Assembly: GCF_009914755.1 (NCBI RefSeq)
Contig: NC_060945.1
Source: the human T2T-CHM13v2.0 reference genome, Homo sapiens
DNA: 64,000 nucleotides
Direction: 5' to 3' (one strand)
A program made the translations under genes and the position numbers. The notes beneath the pieces are model-generated. The model was not told the DNA's origin. It made no database searches and saw only the letters and a program-made list of their open reading frames with translations. This document shows, piece after piece, positions 42,225-55,871 of this stretch. Position 1 is the first letter of the stretch, and every line of letters begins with the position of its first letter.

Positions 42225-42507
42225 TTTTTTTTTTTAAGACTGAGTCTTGCTCTGTCACCCAGGCTGCAGTGGCATGATCTTGGCTCACTACAACCTCCGT
42301 CTCCCAGGTCCAAGTCATTCTCCTGCCTCAGCTTCCCGAGTAGCAGAGATTACAGGCACATGCCACCATGCCCAACTAATTCTTGTATTTTTAGTAGAGA
42401 TGGGGTTTCACCATGTTGGCCAGGTCTCGAACTCCTGACCTCAAGTGATCTGCCCGCCTCAGCCTCCCAAAGTGCTGGGATTACAGGCGTGAGCAACGTG
42501 CCTGGCC
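42225..42507 (-). mobile_element. AluS
   Basis: Antisense dimer with small deletions; flanks agaaatacac / agaaaaacac. Confidence 0.93.
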
Positions 42508-42519
42508 AGAAAAACACAA

Positions 42520-43340
42520 TTTTAATTTTATTTATTTTTTCTTTTAAAAAATGTATGTTTCAGATTCAGGGGATACACTGTGCAGGTTTGTTACAAGAGT
42601 ACATTGCATGATGCTGAGGTTTGGGCTTCTATTGATCCCATCACCCACATAGTGAACTTAGTACCTAACAGGGAGTTTTTTAGCCTTTGCTCCTTTCCCT
42701 CCCTCCCTCCTTTTGGAGTTTCCAGTGTCTATTTTTTCCATCTTTATGTCCATGTGTACCCAGGGTCTAGCTCCCATTTTTAAGTGAGAACATGTCGCAT
42801 TTGGTTTTCCATTTCTGCTTTAATTAGCTTAGGATAATGGCCTCCAGCTGCATCCATGGTGCTGCAAAATACACGACTTCATTTTTTATGGCTGCATAGT
42901 ATTCCATGTTGTCTATGTACCACATTTTCCTTATTAAATCCACTGTTGACAGGCACCTAGGGTTGATTCCATGTCTTTGCTGTTGTGAATAGTGCTGCAG
43001 TGAACATAGGCGTTCACGTGTCTTTTTGGTAGAATAGTTTATCTTCCTTTGGGAATAGACCCAGTGATGGGATTGCTGGTCAAACAGCAGTTTTATTTTT
43101 GGTTCTTTGAGAAATCTCCCAATTGCTCTCCACAGTGGCTGAGCTAATTTACATTTCCACCAGCAGTGTATAGGCATTCTTTTTTCTCCACAGCCTTGCC
43201 AACATCTGTTATTTTTTGACTTTTTGAAAAATAATAACCATTCTGACTGGTGTGAGATGTTATCTCACTGTGGTTTTGATTTGCATTTCTCTCATGATTA
43301 GTGATATTGGGCATTTTTTCATATGTTAGTTTTGGCCACT
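42520..43340 (-). mobile_element. L1PA15/16-like 3' end
   Basis: ORF2 C-terminal remnants (HCWWKCKLAQPLW...EYYAAIKNE...WMQLEAIILS); ttgcatgatgctgaggtttggg 3'UTR. Confidence 0.9.
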
Positions 43341-43519
43341 AAGACATAATTTTTAGAGATTAGGGATAGGAGACTGTGAAAGGATAGCCAGTAGGTAGGA
43401 GAAAATGAGAAATACGGTTCCTGGAAGCCAAGAAAAGACATACTTTCAAGGAGAAAGGTGTGATCCCATGTCAAATTCTACAGGTAGGCAAGTAAAATGA
43501 GGGCAATGGGTGACTGACT

Positions 43520-44400
43520 GTCAGTTTGTCTCTCGGGTCACGTTCCTAAAACTGCTTAAGAAAGGGCCAGTAGAGAAACGGATTTAAGAAGTGCGAATAA
43601 TTTGCCGGTACATTTATCTGTTGTGTCCCAGAGTGGCTTCGCCTCATAAGGGTGTGTGAAGCCACGCTGGGATTTTCTTCCTTCCTCACAGTTCCAGGAG
43701 GGACCCGCCCAAAGTTTAGTTCAGAAGGATGGCTTTCTCCTGAAAAGAACTTTCCTTTGTTCGAAGATACATGTTTCTCCATCAGTGTCTCCAAACAAAC
43801 CCTAAAGATTCATGACAGGGGAGCAGGATTTCTTCCAAGACCTCTATGTAACTTCTCAACCACCACAATGGGCCTCTGTCGGGTCTTTAGGGGAGATGAG
43901 AAACGTCCCCCCCTCAAAAAAAGGGTTATGCACTTGTGTTTTTTCAAGCTGTCATTAAAAAAAATGTAAGCATTTAATAAGCAGCTACAAAGCAATTACA
44001 GACTGAAAGCCACCTCTTTATAAAGCAGCAGCCATAAAGACAATGGACACTGTGTAATGACAAAGCAACAGCTGCAAGATTCACGGGGAACAAGGAGGGC
44101 CATGCACATAAAGCATAAAGCGGCTGGAAAGTGTGGGTGCTGCTGTGCGTGGTTGGAGGGGGCCGTGGAGAGGCTTTATGAAAAAGGAGGGGGAAGGCAG
44201 GCTGCCAAAAGAGTTCTTTCTCTAGAGATAGCTAGAAAGAGAACATAAATAAACAGTGACTCATTCTGTGTGATGCTATAAACCTTGTCCAGCAGACCTT
44301 ATTTACGTAGGAGAGAGGACTCTGATGACTCCAGTTGTTTGGGAGAATACGGAAGAACTATTGGATTGAGCCTTAATTTGACTCAGGTTACCAGTCCCTA
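43520..44400. promoter_or_regulatory. Candidate enhancer (non-repetitive, local CpG retention, AP-1 and HOX/CDX-type motifs)
   Basis: TGACTCA at 44257-44263 and 44379-44385; clustered CATAAA/TTTATG/TTTACG; GC box near 43703; motif-level inference only. Confidence 0.3.
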
Positions 44401-45328
44401 AGACTGCCAGTTTTACTTTCTTTGGGAAATTTTAGGAAGAAAGCAAAATGCACGTAGGACAAATAGAGACTAATGTGAGATGATGACAATATCCAGAAAT
44501 TCATATTTAACTTTTCAAGGAACTGCTTATCAAACCTATTTCTAAATCTTTGAAACACATGGGATTTCTAGTTGAAGATTTCTGAACAAAGTCAACTGTC
44601 TCTTTTATTCAGTCAAATAAATCATAAGCAAATTAGACACTAACCGACACTGTGCTCTTAATACAATCATCCACAACATATTTCCTGTCTATTTCTGTAT
44701 CTGTCTATTTATCTCTCCATTCATTTATCATATATGTAAAAGATTGGAGAACATTTTGACATTTCCCTATACAAATAAATGCAGCCTATATTTCTGCTTG
44801 TTTCAGAGTTTCTCCATGAAACTACCTCAGAAATAGATTCTCCAGTTTGCACAAATAAGAAATCAAATCATAATTACATATGCTCTTTTCTGCTGATATT
44901 TATTTGGTGTTTTCATATGTCAACATTTAAAAAATGACAGCTCTTTTTCTTCCAGACTTATCAAGAGATTTTCCTTCTTTGGCCTAAATTCTTTCTTACA
45001 ATGGTACAAGATTTAAGAAGAAAAAATTCACAAATACGTCCTGATGTCTACTCACTGGTTTACTGGTTTAGGGCTGATAGTGGCATTTCTTTTCTAGAAA
45101 ACTGAAATTACACAGCAATTCAAGAAAGGACCACAATGGTTAGAGGCGAAATTCCTTTTCCAGGAAAGAAGCAGGACAGTACTGGCAAAGTGTGTCAACC
45201 TGGCTTTGCCCAGATTTGGAGCATGAATCAAGTCACACAGTGTGGCTTCTGTGTGCTCTACCCACTCCAACTATGAACTGATGTTTAAAATTTGACATAG
45301 AAATCATGTTAACAATGCAAAGAGTCTT

Positions 45329-45552
45329 GATGAGAACACATGGAGACATAGAGGGGTAGAGGGGAACAACACACACTGGGGCCTTTTGGAGGGTGGAGGG
45401 TGGGAGTAGAAAGAAGATCAGGAAAAATAACTAATGAGTACTAGGCTTAATACCTGGATGATGAAATGATTTGTACAGCAAACCCCCATGACGCAAGTTT
45501 ACCTGTGTAACAACCCTGCACATGTACCCCTGCACTTTAAAGTTTTTTTAAA
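45329..45552 (+). mobile_element. L1PA (PA11-13-like) 3'UTR fragment
   Basis: gatcaggaaaaataactaatgagtactaggcttaatacctggatgatgaaatgatttgtacagcaaacccccatgac. Confidence 0.88.
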
Positions 45553-45635
45553 GCAAAACTCAACAAAAGTCCTAAAAATTACACAGCATCAAGGGAGTAA
45601 TAGTTTTAAACCCTGAAAAGCTTAGTGATTTTCTT

Positions 45636-45927
45636 TTTTCTTTTTCTAGAGACAGGGTCTTGTTCTGTTGCCCAGGCTAAAATGCAGTGGCATTAACAGC
45701 TCACAGCAGGTTCTAACTCCCAGACTGAAAGGATCCTCCCATCTAACTCTCCCCAGTAGCTGGGACTAGAGGTGTGTGCTACCACACCCCCCGCCCTTTT
45801 TTTTTCTCTTTAGAGATGGGGTTTTCCTATGTTTTCCAGGTGGTCTCAAACACCTGGCCTCAAGTGATCCTCTCACCCCAGACTCCCAAAGTTCTGAGAT
45901 TAAAGGCGTGAGTCACTATGCCCAATC
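45636..45927 (-). mobile_element. AluJ
   Basis: Diverged antisense dimer; TSD ~tgattttctt. Confidence 0.88.
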
Positions 45928-46279
45928 TGATGATTTTCTTGTTTCTTGATTTTCTTTTATTCTTGTAGGCCAGTTACTGCCAAGTTGTGCTATCTCTACT
46001 GCTTGACAAGGTAGTAGCAGGGATATACTATTCTATCTTAAGAAACAGTGGACTGGAAATCTATAAACTATTCCTTTGAGCTTTTATTATTTGTCACTTT
46101 TTTGTGCCGAGCATGAGCCCTAACCTGACATAGACTCACCCACAGATGCCTACACAGCAATATACGTAAACACACACCCACTCGCACATACACACCGTCC
46201 ACAGGAAAGTGTCACAGACTCCAATCAATCCACATTTCCCATGTCCACTGTTTCTCTGGCCCGAACCATCATCATCCTG

Positions 46280-46503
46280 CAGTACTGCCTGGTGAAGTGT
46301 GTGGTTCCCACAGTCAGACTGATGTGGTTTGAATGACAGTTAAACCAACCCGCCAAGGGTTGCTTGGGCGGGTTGCTTCCCCTTGCTCCTCTGCTCAACG
46401 TTGTTAGTTTTAGCGCCTGCCTGAAAAGATTTGTGAAGACGAAGCTAATTCATGTAAAGTGTTTAACATAGGTGATGCTTAAGAAATATCACCTCTCATT
46501 ATT
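46280..46503 (+). mobile_element. MIR
   Basis: gatttgtgaagacgaagctaattcatgtaaagtgtttaacatag...cttaagaaatatcacct. Confidence 0.6.
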
Positions 46504-46509
46504 GGAATG

Positions 46510-47000
46510 TGTATTGGTTTCCTACTGATGCTGAAACAAAGTGTCACAAACTTAATCGCTTACAACAACACAAATTTATTATCTTACAGTTCTGTAGGTC
46601 AGAAGTCTGATGTGGGTCTCACTGGGCTAAAATCAAGATGTTAGCAGGAGTACATTTACTTCTGGAAGCTCCAAGGGAGAATCCATTTCCTTGCCTTTTT
46701 CAGATTCTAGAGACCACCCACATTCCTTGACTCACGGCCCCCTTCCTCCATTTTCAAAGCAGCAACACTGCATCTCTCTGATCCATCTTCCATCATCTTT
46801 CTAATCACAGTTCGTAGAGGTTTTCTGGGACTTGTGTAACTACATTGAACCTTCTAGAATTATCTAGGTTAACCTCAAGGTCCATAACCTTAATCACATC
46901 TGCAAAGTCCCTTTTCTCTTGAAGATAACATATTCAGAGCCTCCAGGTTTGGGACATGGTGGACATCTTTGTCCGGAAGGATATTATTCTGCTTACCACA
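46510..47000 (-). mobile_element. MLT1D-like LTR
   Basis: tgtattggtttccta...ctcactgggctaaaatcaagatgttagcagg...attattctgcttaccaca. Confidence 0.88.
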
Positions 47001-47459
47001 CAGGGAGTGTTACTGATTATAAATCTGTATGAAAAATGTGAATGCATCTTCATTGGATTGGCTGTCCCATGTGTTTCTATCCATTAACTCCTCCATTAAC
47101 ATCATGTTCTGATAGGGCAGGCTCTATGGTGATCAAGTCCATGCATGCATGAAACTGGAAACCTCATGGAGTTGTCCCACCATCATGGCGCAAAAAGCAC
47201 AGCAAATTATTTTAAACTAGCCTTTGATACGGAACAGATACATACAATGATAAGATCTAGATATTGAACATTCACTTATTTGCTTTTTCAATCACTCAAC
47301 AAATATTTATCAAGTGCTTAACATGAAAAAGCCACTCCACAAAAGGAAATCTCAATTTCTGGCAAGCTTTCAAAGCTATAAACTATGACATCATCCTTTC
47401 TCAAACAAACCAACCATTATAAACATCCCAGAATAGGCTTTATGAAGCCTTCTCTGGAG

Positions 47460-47628
47460 AAGGGCTCTTAACCTAGGGCATGTGCAGAGGCTCCAGTAGT
47501 CTGGGATTTCCTGTTAACCGCATGACAAATTGTGCATGTCTGTGTGTTTGGGGGGCAGGGGAGAAGGTCCATTGTTTTCATCTAGTTCAAAAAGGGGTCT
47601 ATAATCCACCGAAGGTTAAGCGTGGCAG
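47460..47628. mobile_element. hAT-Charlie-type MITE relic
   Basis: ctcttaacctaggg ... ttttcatctagttcaaaaaggggtctataatccaccgaaggttaag. Confidence 0.55.
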
Positions 47629-50600
47629 CTCCAGGGTATCACTGTTTAGGATGCTAAAGACCTTACTGCCCAGTTTCTCCATTTCGCTCCAGAAACTTTC
47701 CGTGAAACTAAGCAAATGGTATTAAGTACTTGGGCTCACCCCTTGAGTTACTGACACACCATCACATCCCTTGCTTTTCTGCTTCTCTCTGCTCACTTAT
47801 TACCCTACTAATGAGCGCAGATACCTCTGCTTAACTATGTTCTGTGTGACAAAGGAAGATTAAGAGTTAGACAATGGCAGAACTTGAATATCAGTTCTTC
47901 AAGTTCTAAAATCTCCTTTCCTTTTCCTACCCTGAACAATTCCTATTTTGATAGTCCCATTCCCTCTATTATCTACATCCAGTTATATACTATAAATCAT
48001 GTGTGAAGAGAAGGTATGAAAACCTTCTGGGAAGAGGATTGTATTTAAACCTAGGACCTGTCCTTCCCACATCAAAAAAATAAATAAATAAAATCAACTG
48101 AAAAAGGAAGTAAACAAAGTGATATGCTTCTACATAGATTGAATAAAGAACCACACCTTTCTGCTGCCCTCTTTCCAAAGCAGTGTGTTTGAAAAAGCAT
48201 TACTTCTTTCAGAGTACAACACTTGATTCCTCTAGGTCAAGGGCAACCGTGGGTGGTTTGGGCTGTGCTCACATTTAGGAATGCCTCCAGTTCAGGCTCT
48301 GCAGACCTACTGCCTTAACTCTTTACTGCTCTTTCCTCCCCCCTGATTCCAAGAAAAGCACGAGGACAAAACATTGAGTCCCATTTCTGAATATTTCAGT
48401 TGTTCTGTGTGGAAGGTGCTGCCACCCTTTCCAGGCCACCCTTCTCCCATCAGATTGCAGAGCAGCCCTGACTGATCTTGAAGAGTCACTCCCAGGCCCT
48501 TGGATAGCTCACCCTGCGGAAGTCTCAAAGTGGGTGGCAAGTGGGTGATATGCCTTACGGAGATGTGTATGTAAGTCTATGCACTCATACACAGTGTACA
48601 TGGTTGTGAGCTGAGCCCATTTATGGTTTTGGTATGTGTTCTTTGTTTCATCACTTAAAAGAGTGTCCCTTGTCTCTCCTTCCCAGTCTCAATGGTCCCA
48701 TTACTCATTAAATCCCTTCCCATATACCTAACCCCATCTACCTGCATTTCCTGGGCATGACGTGAGCAGAAACTATGTCTTCATCTGTTGATTTTATGTC
48801 TTAAAATCCATTTAATTTTGCTGGGCTGGTGGTACCAGGAGCAGATAGAATGAGGGAGACAGAATGAGTTAGAAGTTAGCTAGAGCTGGGTTTCTAAGTG
48901 ACCTCATTGAAGAGGATGAACATAATAAATATGTAAAATATCTGTGATTTTATAGCACTTTGGGGTTGTATAAATAAAAGAGTAAACTATACACTGCATT
49001 TTTAATTAGGAATTGAGTGTCCACATTGAATGGATTCATTTTTATACAGGACTTTAGATCCATTAGATGATCTCTGCTTACTGCCTCGTCTGTCTGCAGG
49101 ATCACATGATCACACATGATGTTACTTTTATTTTAATCCATTCGGAAAGTTTCCAGGAGACTGAGAAAGAGAAAATGCTCATCGGGGAGTTTACTCAACA
49201 TTGCCTAGTTTTGTTATCCATAGAAAATAGACTGGTGGAAGTGGCCCGCAAAGTACACAACCAGGTCAGGGTCCCACGCTCTGTTCAAATTCTGTTTTCT
49301 CGTTAGCAGCCTTCACATGACAGAGCCCTGGAGAAGGACAGCACTTGAGCAACTTTCAACTATCGCAGCATCTGCTAAGAGCCAGAGAGAGACTTGAGGA
49401 GAAAACGACTGTGAAACAAGGATGCAATGATCTCAAATTAAAAACAGTTACATGATTAAGGCAGTGGCCCGCTTACCACAGCCTCAGGACACACTGGAAA
49501 GCTTCAGCCATTCATTACCATTCACATGTTTTGTCCAAATGGCAAAACGTTTAGGAAGAAAATGTTAAGGTTCCAAATTCTAAAATACTTTTTCCTACAT
49601 TGTTCAATTCCTGATTTGAAATAGTAGAAGGGGGAAAAACATTTCAGCTGAAACTGAATGCATTGGCAAGCTAGAGATTATCAAAAGAGGGAGAATGAAG
49701 AGAATTTTTTACAGGCACTGGTGGAGAGAATTATGCAACTTCCCACTACGCAAACTTTTGTAATTGTAAATTCTGCTACCTTTTAAGGAGAAAATACCAT
49801 CAGCCTGCAACTTGAGAGCTTTTATGAGAACCAGGAAAGGGATTTTCCTTCACTCACATCTGTCTTCATTTGCTGAGTGTATGCTGCAGATTTCATGCTG
49901 GTTAGCTCAGTCTAAGAAGTAGAAGACAACTAGCATTAAATCAAGCAAATGCATGTGTCCTTATTTTTAAAAATTACATGAAAACAAGGCTTGCCTTGGA
50001 CTATATGGTCTATTTTTCCCAATAGCAAAAGGTAAGAAAGTCAATATAAGCAAATTCACAGGATTGAAGTAGAGACTTTTCCCCATTTATGTGGGTGAAA
50101 CAAAGGATTATCTTTCAAGGACGTTTCTAGACATCTTTACACGTTTACATTTTTATATAGATAAGGATATATACCATTAAAATGTGCATGGATTTTTTAT
50201 TTTGGCTTCTTCCATACTCAGGCATTTAGTATCGTGGAATCATAGAAACTTTGGTTTTATGATGATTTCAGCAGGATCTCAAACATGTTTTTAAAAATCA
50301 CTTCTTTCAGATAATCCACATCACGAACTTTGCTCTTTGATTTTATCTGTGCATCAATATTTGCTAATCACTAAATTTTCTAAACTAAGATATCAATATT
50401 TCCAACAGGAATTTATCTGTTAACACAGGATACATGACAGATTGAGAGAACCATGTACATACAATTTATCTTTGGTGAATATTCCACAGACTTTATTTTC
50501 TCAGGTAATTTTTTTTCCCAATTAGACCATTCTTAACATGCTGACCACTAGAATGAAAAGTGAAAACTTGAATCAATGAACAAATACCAAATCTTGGGAA

Positions 50601-50689
50601 CCATGATAACCCAAACACAAATCCCTGTGGATTGAAGGCCTGTATAGGAAGGGGTGAGATGGTTGTGGGGATGCAGCTATTAATTATGA

Positions 50690-50985
<296 letters not shown>

Positions 50986-51859
50986 CCTGAAGACTCTTCT
51001 TAAGGGAATGTAATTTCTTTGTAGAAATGAAATATCATGTAATATAAAATTGGCAATATAATCTGAGTTCTAATATTACAGTTTTGGTTGTTATATTTAA
51101 TATTTTTAACATGATTATACATCTTTGAATCTAACAAATATGCCTAATTGAAGAATAATTTGTACAGTTCTCTATTTGATGTGGCATCACTTTAATTCTG
51201 AAATTCAAGAAATATCTTAGAACATTTGTAAAAATCAGCAGTTACGTTAACAATAATACAAGTAAGAAATCTCTCCTTGGCCCTGCCCTGCCTCCCCTGA
51301 TCCCCATCTCCCTTCATTCGTGCCTTGTTTTCTTATCCTTCTTTTGCTCCTTCCTTCCCAACTTGAGCATAAACCTGCTTCTTAGTTGCTTTCTGTATTG
51401 GGGGAAACCTTTTGCTGTTTTCTGGAAGCAACAAATCCTTCTTAATTTGACAGGGTATTGTTGAGCCTGGAAGCAGCAGACAGTATTGTGTACCTGCCTT
51501 TATTAATCTGGGTACACATTTTAGAAGCTGCTTGGGTAATATCATGTGGGTTCCCTTTCATTTCCTTTCTTGGCTTGCCTTATCTCACAGTTCCACCCTT
51601 TGCCATGAATGTCTTCTCCTAACTTAGAAAAGAATATCTCATAAGACAGAAATAAACATGAAGGCAAAAGAGAAGAATAATTTTTGGAGTGACGTATTTT
51701 AGCCAATTTTTTTTCATCTCTAACTGTAGTTTCTGAGATTCCTCCTGCTCCCAATTTTTAGAATCCATTCTTTTCTTTTGTATCACATATAGCATTGATT
51801 GCACAATTTTTAAATAATTACAGACAATTATGTGGTATTTCAGTGTGTCGGGCACAGAT

Positions 51860-52035
51860 CTAATAATAACATTCAATCCTCACAACAGCTTTACGGTTAC
51901 TGCCTTCACTTTACAGATGAGGAAACTGGGGCTTGCGTATGTTAATTCTTACTCAAGGTCAGTCCGTTAATAAGAGATGGAGCTCAGAATCGTACTAAGT
52001 TGCTGAAACAGCTGAGTCTCTGCTATTAACTGCTC
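51860..52035 (-). mobile_element. MIR
   Basis: aatcctcacaacag...cactttacagatgaggaaactggggctt...tcaaggtca. Confidence 0.8.
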
Positions 52036-52127
52036 CTCCTTGATAATGACTTGCCCAAGATAATGCAGCAATCAATAGATTAGACATTGTATCAGGAGTC
52101 TATGGCTTCTCTTATTGGATTAGTTCC

Positions 52128-52490
52128 TGATATGGTTTGGCTCTGTGCCTCCACCAAAATCTCATGTTGAATTGTAATTCCCAGTGTTCGGGCAGGGAGC
52201 TGGTAGGAGGTGATTGGATTATGGGGACGGATTTCTCCCTTGCTGTTCTCGTGGTAGTGAGTGAGTTCTCATGATATCTGTTTGTTTAGACGTGTGTAGC
52301 ACCACCCCCTTTGCTCGCTTCCTCCTGCTCCAGCCATGTGGACATGCCTCCTTAGTCTTCGCCTTCTGCCATGATTGTAAATTTCCTGAGGCCTTCCCAG
52401 CCATGCTTCCAGTACAGCCTGTGGAACTGTGAGCCAGTTAAACCTCTTTTCTTTATAAACTACCCAGTTCTTTATAGCAATGTGAGAACA
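52128..52490 (+). mobile_element. MSTA-like MaLR solo LTR
   Basis: tgatatggtttggctctgtg...ttctttatagcaatgtgagaaca; perfect 5-bp TSD gttcc at 52123-52127 and 52491-52495. Confidence 0.92.
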
Positions 52491-54439
52491 GTTCCCTTTA
52501 AAGTTTGTGAATTTGAGGCTTTTAGCATTATCTATTACACAATTAATGGCTTGTTTTTTTTTCCTCCAAAATGACCAAATTAAGAGTAACTCTGTAGACC
52601 TTTGATGCTATCCAAAAATCTCTTTAGAGACTCTTGGTTAGGAAATTGTGCTTATAATCCCTTGGCTTCCCTTTTCTTGGTAGGAAGATAAACTCCTGGG
52701 AAACACACTTAGGCATGTATTTAATGAACTAAATTACTGCTAAGTGTTATAAAATGTAATGCCTAAAAGAATTAATGTACTCAGTCTTGACCCACCTAAG
52801 TTATTCACCTCTAGTCCCTGGTTGAATATTAGACATGTAGGAAAGGCTCAATTAATTCTGAATGAATGAAACGACTCAGATTCACTCAAGGAAGCAACTT
52901 TGGTGTAGTTCTATGTGTTAGAAAGCCTAAGTTCATGAATGGGATAAAATGAGGTATGACAGACTGAATACCTAACCACCTACTGTGGAGCTGTGCAGAG
53001 AACGAAGGCTCCTGAGCACCTGATGGACAAAACTCATGTCCCATTCCCCCTCCACCTAAGATGCCTTTGCTCTGTTGACTTGGCCTATCATTTTTAGTCG
53101 GCCAAGGGAATTGAATCAATGCCAACAACTTCTGCCAAAAGGCAGCAGTGAACTTCAAAATATTTATCAATTAGTACAGGGTGCGCCTCAACCAGTCAGA
53201 ATCGGCACTGGCTGTAAACCTGCACAGCTGTACTGGGGCTTACCTGCTGAAAATCAGCACTGCTTGTAAGCCCTGCAATCTCAAATCTTCCTAGAGGCCC
53301 ATGGGTTTCTAAGAAGCTCCTCTCATTGCTATGAAAAGATCTAGCCCCTATACACATTTTTTTAACCATCCATTTTAGAAAAATTCCTGGGAAATTTGTC
53401 AGAATCTGTGTAATCATCATTAATTTAGCAATTCTCAAAGGTAACCCAGAGTTCATCCAGCTGCAGCTTATTCCATTGATCACAATAATCCACCCCACCC
53501 AGAACTTTCCTCATGAAAGGAATCTTCTTGGAGTGGCCATCTGGATCGTGTTATCCTAATCAGAGTGTAGAGAGCATACAAGGTGCAGACACTCTTTCCA
53601 CTGAAGAGTCAGGCTCACTCATTCTTGGATGTGCTTCCCCCTTTCCTTTCACTTCCCTCTTTCTTTCTTTTATCTCCACTGGAGAGGTATTGGATGATTT
53701 ACTGACATTAAAAAATAAGACTATAATAAATTTTATTTTCTCTGAGTAATGCGCACTTCTGAAAACTGCCACCCCCATTTCTACACATTAGGCCTGGAGT
53801 GGAGGTGAGGGGTGGCCTAAACTAAAAACAAAAACCTTCCCACTTGCAGATAATTGTTTAATGGGCAAAAGCTTCAGCTCATTCTTGGATTTTCCATATT
53901 GCAAACCGGTGGCCCCAAATTTAGTTTATAGCTTTTCTCTATGCTTTATTTCCAGGCATTTGTATGCACAGATCTATATACTTTCCCATGACCATATAAA
54001 TGAAAAGCTTTCATTATCAATATAGTACAGTGAAAATGAAAGCACAAAGTTACGGGCAAACATGGACTGACCACTGGGGTATTAAAACATTTCTAACAAA
54101 ATCTCTAAAGCCATTGAATTTTGATTTTTTTAATTTATAACCTAGATAAAGGATGAAAACTAGCATTTATCAAATGGCCAAGTCAGTTAACATATTATTT
54201 TTATCCACACTTCTATTGTCCTTCCATAAAAATGAAATAATTAAAAGGCAATAAATGCAGATATAGTGTTCCGTATTTCAAACTAGCATCCAAAGTAATT
54301 ATTGAGTGTTTGATCTTTGCTCTGTACCAGTATGATGAATCAACTAATGAATCAACAAATTGCAAAACAGGAAATCTATATTTCTGTCAGTTGAGGAACA
54401 GGTAGATAGTTTATTTAGAATAATAGAATATTTTCCAAA

Positions 54440-54899
54440 ATATCAATTTAGAATCCAATAGGCTACAAATTAAGAGAAAACCAAAGCAGTGGCTTAAAGA
54501 AGTAAAAGATTTTCTGATATATCAAAAAATCCAGAAGCTGACAATCAAGGGTTCTTGCAGGTGTCAAGGGAGCCATCATGGAACCAGGCTCCCTCAATTA
54601 TCTTCTACTGCTTTTGATCTCATGGCCACAAAATAGCTACAGCAACTCCAGCCATCACATTCTCATTCTAGGCAGACAGAATAGTTTTGGCAAGTGTAAA
54701 ATGCCAAAGTTTTCTTCTCACTATATTTTACCATTCTTATTTGAGAAGAATTCTGCATGTCTCATTGGCCAAAACCATTTTATATGGTCAACCCCTATCA
54801 GCAAGGGAGAATGAAAATTTTATTTTAAATTTTGGTAAAGAGGAGTAAATGAATTTGGAACAGTGGTTGAAAATAAACTAACTCACAATATTTGTCACG
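54440..54899 (-). mobile_element. MLT1 (J/K-like) LTR
   Basis: cagtggcttaaa...ctcatggccacaaaatagctacagcaactccagccatcacat...gtctcattggccaaaac. Confidence 0.7.
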
Positions 54900-55276
54900 T
54901 ATGCTTCTGACCAACAAATAGACAGCTCTTTATGGATATAATATGTGTTTCCTCAGACCACAAAGGTTTTGAAGCAAGAATATGAGTCACAATAAGTCAC
55001 CGTGAGTGTTTGTTTCTTTGACTCTTCCCCTTCCTCATGGTCTTCCAGACCTACAGAAACCTTCATCGTCCCTCTTAAATATTTCTGGAAGTCCCCAGAG
55101 GATGTCTTTTGCGTACTCATAAACTCAGCTCTGATAGATACTATATGTGCCCATATTTTCTTTCTGCCTGAACTGGCTTCATACAGTAATCAGAGTGGAG
55201 GCATCGATATGTCTGAAAGCCACAGTTAACACTACTATATTGTTTCCTGTTGCTGCTGTTGTAGGTGAGATCATCC

Positions 55277-55278
<2 letters not shown>

Positions 55279-55307
<29 letters not shown>
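55279..55307. repeat. poly(A) tract
   Basis: Uninterrupted A run. Confidence 0.9.
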
Positions 55308-55309
<2 letters not shown>

Positions 55310-55774
55310 CACTCTCTGCAAAAGCTGTCTTGCTGCACTCAAACCCATAACCTATCTAATGGAAGCTAGAGTTACTGAAGTCCATGTGGTGAAGCCATAC
55401 TGTAGACGTGGTCAGTATTGCCTCTCAGCTTTGAATTCCATGGGTCATATCTTCCACATTTGGTGCTCTCTGTTCCTGGGAGAATTTGGTTGGAAAAGTC
55501 CTTTTCATTTCTATTTTGTTCTACTCCATAGAGCTCAAGCAAAATGGCTTAGTGCTGGAAAAAGGACCCCACACGAGACGTGCCATATTCAAATTTACCC
55601 TCCCTTCAGTTATTGGGATATTTTCATCAGGCCAATCTCATAGGCTTTGCATTTTATTTGTGGATGACTTTTTAAAAATCTTATGGAGCTCTTACACAAG
55701 CTTTGCATAGATACTTGACACCCACTGGTTTATTTAAATCAATGGATAAATTCAGTTTAGGCTGCCAAGCTGGC

Positions 55775-55814
55775 ATTACTAGACCAAAGGTAATATTACT
55801 AGACCAAAGGTAAT
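55775..55814. repeat. Perfect 20-bp tandem duplication
   Basis: attactagaccaaaggtaat x2. Confidence 0.95.
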
Positions 55815-55871
55815 TCATGCTAAGTTCAGTATATCTGCCTTCATCTTAACCCTATCCACAGCCATCCCCTC

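Larger units (their letters stand above)
41045..43520 (-). mobile_element. L2a relic interrupted by an Alu and an L1PA
   Basis: ttcaataaatatttt...cctaccatgcgcca 3' end; ttttaacaggatcacactgg; ggcttggaccaagatggtggcaatagaag; resumes at 43345. Confidence 0.8.

Noticed and set aside
45352-45405. G-run cluster (possible G-quadruplex)
   Set aside because: Standard polypurine tract of the L1 3'UTR.
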